Source of the DNA: Ascidiella aspersa
Taxonomy: Eukaryota
Reading direction: 5' to 3'
Length of the DNA stretch: 64,000 nucleotides
Assembly: GCA_963924565.1 (NCBI GenBank)
Contig: OZ004610.1
Coordinates: 5,518,001-5,582,000 of the forward strand
Shown here: positions 59,447 through 64,000 of the stretch, one piece after another
Layout of the letters: every line of letters begins with the position of its first letter
How positions within the stretch are numbered: position 1 is the stretch's first letter
The notes under the pieces: generated by a model
Told to the model about the DNA's origin: nothing
Database searches by the model: none
What the model saw: only the letters and a program-made list of their open reading frames with translations
Program-made: the position numbers and the translations under genes

Positions 59447-59841
59447 CAGGGATGTCCGATAATATCGGATCGGACCCGATATTTGATAATCGGCAAGTGG
59501 CATTATCGGTACTCGCCCGATACTAGACTGGTATCGGTGCCGATACTAAAATAATACGAGAATTTAATCCGTGATTGATTAGCGACGCAACGCAGGATTT
59601 CTACCATGAAAAGTTAACTTTTTAAAAACATTAGGTTAACAAGTGGAGATAACTAAACTTCTACGAACTAAAGCGCCGTTTGGTCCAAACAACAGATAAA
59701 CACAAGTTTGAACGTTTAAATTCACCAATATTTTATTGGTTTGAGCACAGTTATGACGTCATTGGTATCGGATCGCGATACTTTTTGTCCAAAATATCGG
59801 GTGTCGGTGTCGCAATCAAATGTCGAGTATCGGAAATCCCA
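59447..59841. mobile_element. MITE, same family as 8756-9141
   Basis: AGGGATGTCCGATAATATCGGATCGG...GTATCGGAAATCCC. Confidence 0.78.
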
Positions 59842-62800
59842 AATTCGGACGTACGAAGTAACGTTATTTGCCGACAGGATTGGCTGGGCATTCGCGAGTC
59901 GCCACCCAACACGTTGATATTTTGCCAACGCAGACGACACGCCGCCGACCTTGTAATTCTCAGGAGGAAAGGCAACCAGTTGCGAAAAATGAGCGACGAA
60001 CGGCGAACCGCCACACGGAATGCAACGCTATACAGGTATAATGAATATTGTAGTGATCTATAAGGTCCCGCATTGTTTTGGTGATAACGTCATACATGTG
60101 GTAAACGGGCATATGTGTTGGAACATCGCGTTTTACAGCACGCCACGCCAGGCTAAAAATAGATACTTAATAATTTGAGTAATATACCGATATCTGGAAG
60201 GTCTTTTCTAAATCTGCGCCAGAATATAATTTCAAAAACATGAAACAAAGGACAGACGATGGCTGTTTTATTGCGTGTTCGGAATTTCCCGATTCCAGCC
60301 GCAACATAATCCGAAGAGCATGATTATCCTTCAGTACACACGATATAAAAGGTCATTGAAAATTTAAAAGGCGGTTTCTCCACAGCTTTGGAAAATAAAT
60401 CCTATTTTTCCGACTAAAATTAACTCATGAATCACCAGACTTCGCCCAACACACACAAACAATAAATAAGGAAGGTTAGAAAAAGAGTAAAGCCAGCTTT
60501 TTATTTATTTTACCTTTGCTAAAGATAGTAAAGTGCGTTTTATTCACGGTAGGTGTTGTGTTAACCATGTCAACACATTAAAAATTAAAATAACCTTTCC
60601 CTAATATACTGTGTAATGCTTTTGCCAAACCTTCTTAACCTTCAGAAAATCTTTCATAAAGTAGCCGAGCGAAAAATGAAGTCCATTAACGTTGATGGTT
60701 TATAAATGTACATGAAACGTTTCTTTAGAAAAAAAACAACTCATTTTTGGTTTTAGCGTCCAAACAAGCCGCAAAATTTTAAACGTCCATGAGTTACGAA
60801 GTTTCATGTTACATAAAACCTGATTTAGGGTACTAATAACAGTCGCAAATTAAATGAACGAACGTTTAGTCGCATTCCACCTATAAAGCGACCTGTTTAA
60901 TAAACACAAGCTTATTTTTAGGAATTGTTCGTCACATTCTAGTAAACAGATGCTTTGGCCCAAAAGCCACGCAGTTTTAAATGTCCACAAGTTACGAAGT
61001 TTCGTCCTATATAAATCCTAACCGCTTTAGGGTTCTAAATAACGGCGGGTAATTCAAATAAACGAACGTTATGTCGCATTCCATTTATTTAGAGACCTGC
61101 TTAGAGTAAACACAAGTTTATATTTATTTTTAGGCATTGCTCGTCTCGTTCTAGTAAACCGATGTTTCGGCCAAACTGGTCTGATCAGGTAACGTGCATG
61201 ACACGCCGCTTCTCGAGTTACAACGCACAGGTATTAAGGGGTTTTAGCGATGATTCAGCATCTGATATTTACCGCTCGCGTGTAACCGTAAACACCCTAA
61301 TCCGCAATGTCGGCGAAAATTGAGAAGCAAACCTGGCAGAGCGTCATTGCTCATTTCTGGGCCACTGTGCTTGAAAGATAAAGGAATCTGCCCATGAATA
61401 CTCACAATTAAGCGGAAAAACTCGTTTTTTAGGCCAAATATTTGTCGAATATAAACATCAGCAGCGCAAAAAATAGTTGATCACAGTTCTTGGGCATTGG
61501 GCTAAACGAAAATGAAGATAACATGTGCTGCTTAAATATTCACCGATAGAACACATCAACGTTTGACCCCATAACACCCTATTTTTTATTTTGCTGAAAC
61601 GATCCATTGCGGGGGTGGATATTCGAGAAAGCGAGGCATCAGCAGCAGTAGGTATTGTTGTGGCCTAACGTCTTGAAAAACAGAAGAACGCGATACGTTA
61701 CAATAGTGATTTTCAAGCGGGGTGGCCCGGCACTCTAGGGTGCCACGTGCCATGTTTAACGCTCAACAGTGCCGAGAAATATTGTAAATTCTTTAGGATT
61801 CCAATTTTTGCTTTTTTTGGTAAGCTTCTTGATACAATTTTTTGTGTACGATAAAAGTGCCAAAAATTTGAAAAGGCTTTTGTTCAACCTTGTTGCACAG
61901 TAAATGTGCTGTATCAACCTCGTTTATTGTAACGTTACAGTTAACCACTCATCACTAATACGAGCAAGGGTTCCACAAACTATTTATAATTTCTGTAGGG
62001 TGCCGCAAGTCAAAAAAGGTTGCGATACACTGGGTTAAACTAAGCGAGTGTGCGACCAAACAGGCGAAACAGCCAATTTGGTAAGCGTAGATAAACCAAT
62101 CACAGGCGTCTCCGGGCTCCGCGATAAGCAATATTTGGAAAAACCACGGCCGTTACGTCACCTTCGTCGCTCGCCACGCGATTGGTCGAGCCGATGTCAC
62201 GTGACATGTCTGACGTCATGACTTGGCGGCGTGGCGACTGCAGTCAGAAATACACACAAGGCGAGCAAGAAATGGATAGAAGAAGCGAAAAAATGCGCTT
62301 CGAACTCAGAGTGCTTAGAACAGGAATTCTTAAACTGGGGTCTATGGAACCCTTGGGGGTCCGTGAACTAATTTTTGGGGTCACGTGAAGACCAATTAAA
62401 AATGAAACGTTTTAGCACTGAATGTATTTAGACTCCATTTTACTTAAATCATTAGCAGATTTTCTAAAAGTCAAGCTACAATTTGATTGTCATTGATAAA
62501 TCTTATGGAAATAAAAAAATTAAATTATCTCCTTGAAAGAAAGAAATCGTTACCAAATATTTAATTTATTTTCAAGTTTTTATTTTCTGTTTTTGTTGCA
62601 ACGCAATCCTACTTAAAACTAATTTTGTAATGATACAGTAATGAACAACTAAACACAAATAGAGAGTGGGAAATTTGCTTAAAAAAGTTTAATTTTACCA
62701 TGAGCGTGTTTGGCTATTATATAAAACGAGCAAAAAGTTCAATGAAAAAAACGAGCAATCAGTAAACTACTAGCATACAAAAAGCTGGGCCTGTACCGAC

Positions 62801-64000
62801 ACTTAAAAACCATCAATGTTATAATTGGTACTTTTCAATATTGCTGTCTGCGCGATTAGTTATATAGAAAGTGGATAGGCTTCTGGCTTTTTGCGCCCGA
62901 AGGTTATTTTGGTTCCTCATTGGTGGAAGATCCGAACAACGCAAATGACGTCAGTCAAGATTGTTTTCGGGTCTGTGACGTCCAACAAACGTATACGCAG
63001 GCCGTAAGTGTATTTATAGAAATGATTTTTACTGTACACTGCATCAGTGGCAGTCGATACACTCGATTTACGTAGAAATGTACACAGTGGAACGCTTTCG
63101 ATTTGCCAGCTTGCCATATTTATCAAATAGTGGGAATAAAACAAAACGATTGTCTTCTCAGCTAAATTTCGTTTCGGATATTAAGCAAATTTTATTCCAC
63201 TGTTAAAACCGCATCCCATAACAAAAATTTATTAAAGTTTTTTTTTTTTTTTTTTATTAGTGTTGCACCAATTTTCGATGACCGGGGTAATTAATTCGAA
63301 ATTTGAACGAATTAGAAACTTCGAGGCTTCTAAGGTGGTAATGTAGGTATATGAATAGCGTTTGTGCCGAATAGAATAAAATTAGATGAGAGTCAATACC
63401 TACAGCCAACTAAAACAATGACGTCACACTATTTTAGTTTTTTGTCCCCTAGTCGAAGGCCCCTGGGGGTGCAGACTCCCAAAATTATGTGCACCTACAA
63501 TACATACCACGGCATGTCTGAAAATTTAAAAATTCTACGATGTACGCTTTTTCTATAAAGCTTCAAAAATCGGTCTGAAACATATCATAGCAAACCAAAA
63601 GAGAATACGGGGAAAAACAAGACATGCCCCGAAAATAAATTTTCGCCCTATATCATAAGCAGGCAGAAGGCTGACAACCAAAAACACCAACACCAGGGCC
63701 AGCCAGTCAAGCAGGCAAGTTTACCACGTGGCAGTTTGGCGAACAAATAGTTCACACTAAGTCAACGCGTCAGACAAGACGCGTAGCTGAGGTTGACAGC
63801 GCACATGGCAAACACAAGTACGAGGTACTTCGCGTCCATAAAAACACAAGAGATCGAGGAGCGAGACAAGAGTACACACGTTTCGCTTTGAAAAACTGAT
63901 CGAATCATTGAGAAAAAGACGCTTAAGATGGGTTATTATTTGGATTGAAATCCCGAAAGAAAATAAGCAGAACCTTCCAAATGGAAAATTGAAGGAACCT

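Overview
Eukaryotic (metazoan) genomic DNA, AT-rich and intron-rich. Gene content and exon structure fit an invertebrate chordate such as an ascidian, but this is inference. The ORF track is mostly spurious, so I assembled genes by hand from splice signals and phase. (1) + strand 2225-13450: a complete 14-exon anosmin-1/KAL1-like gene (~612 aa; signal peptide, Cys-rich box, WAP, four FN3), with one probable GC-AG intron. (2) - strand 34551-17636: the 3' part of a muscleblind (MBNL) gene, tail-to-tail with anosmin. Its ZnF1 exon was not found, so 34552-64000 is probably one giant intron. This MBNL has a third tandem CCCH pair (six fingers inferred). It also has a 33-nt KR microexon behind a 154-nt AG-exclusion zone with 7 YGCY motifs, two more distant-branch-point exons, an exon bracketed by a 64-bp inverted repeat, and a duplicated dead copy of the ZnF3 acceptor. 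Introns carry many hAT-like MITEs, local tandem duplications, and three sequence families of minimal type I hammerhead ribozyme motifs of the Penelope-like kind (about 10 copies, several with intact cores, including a divergent pair inside a foldback). No tRNA, rRNA or CRISPR was seen. Homology statements come from remembered family motifs, not database searches.
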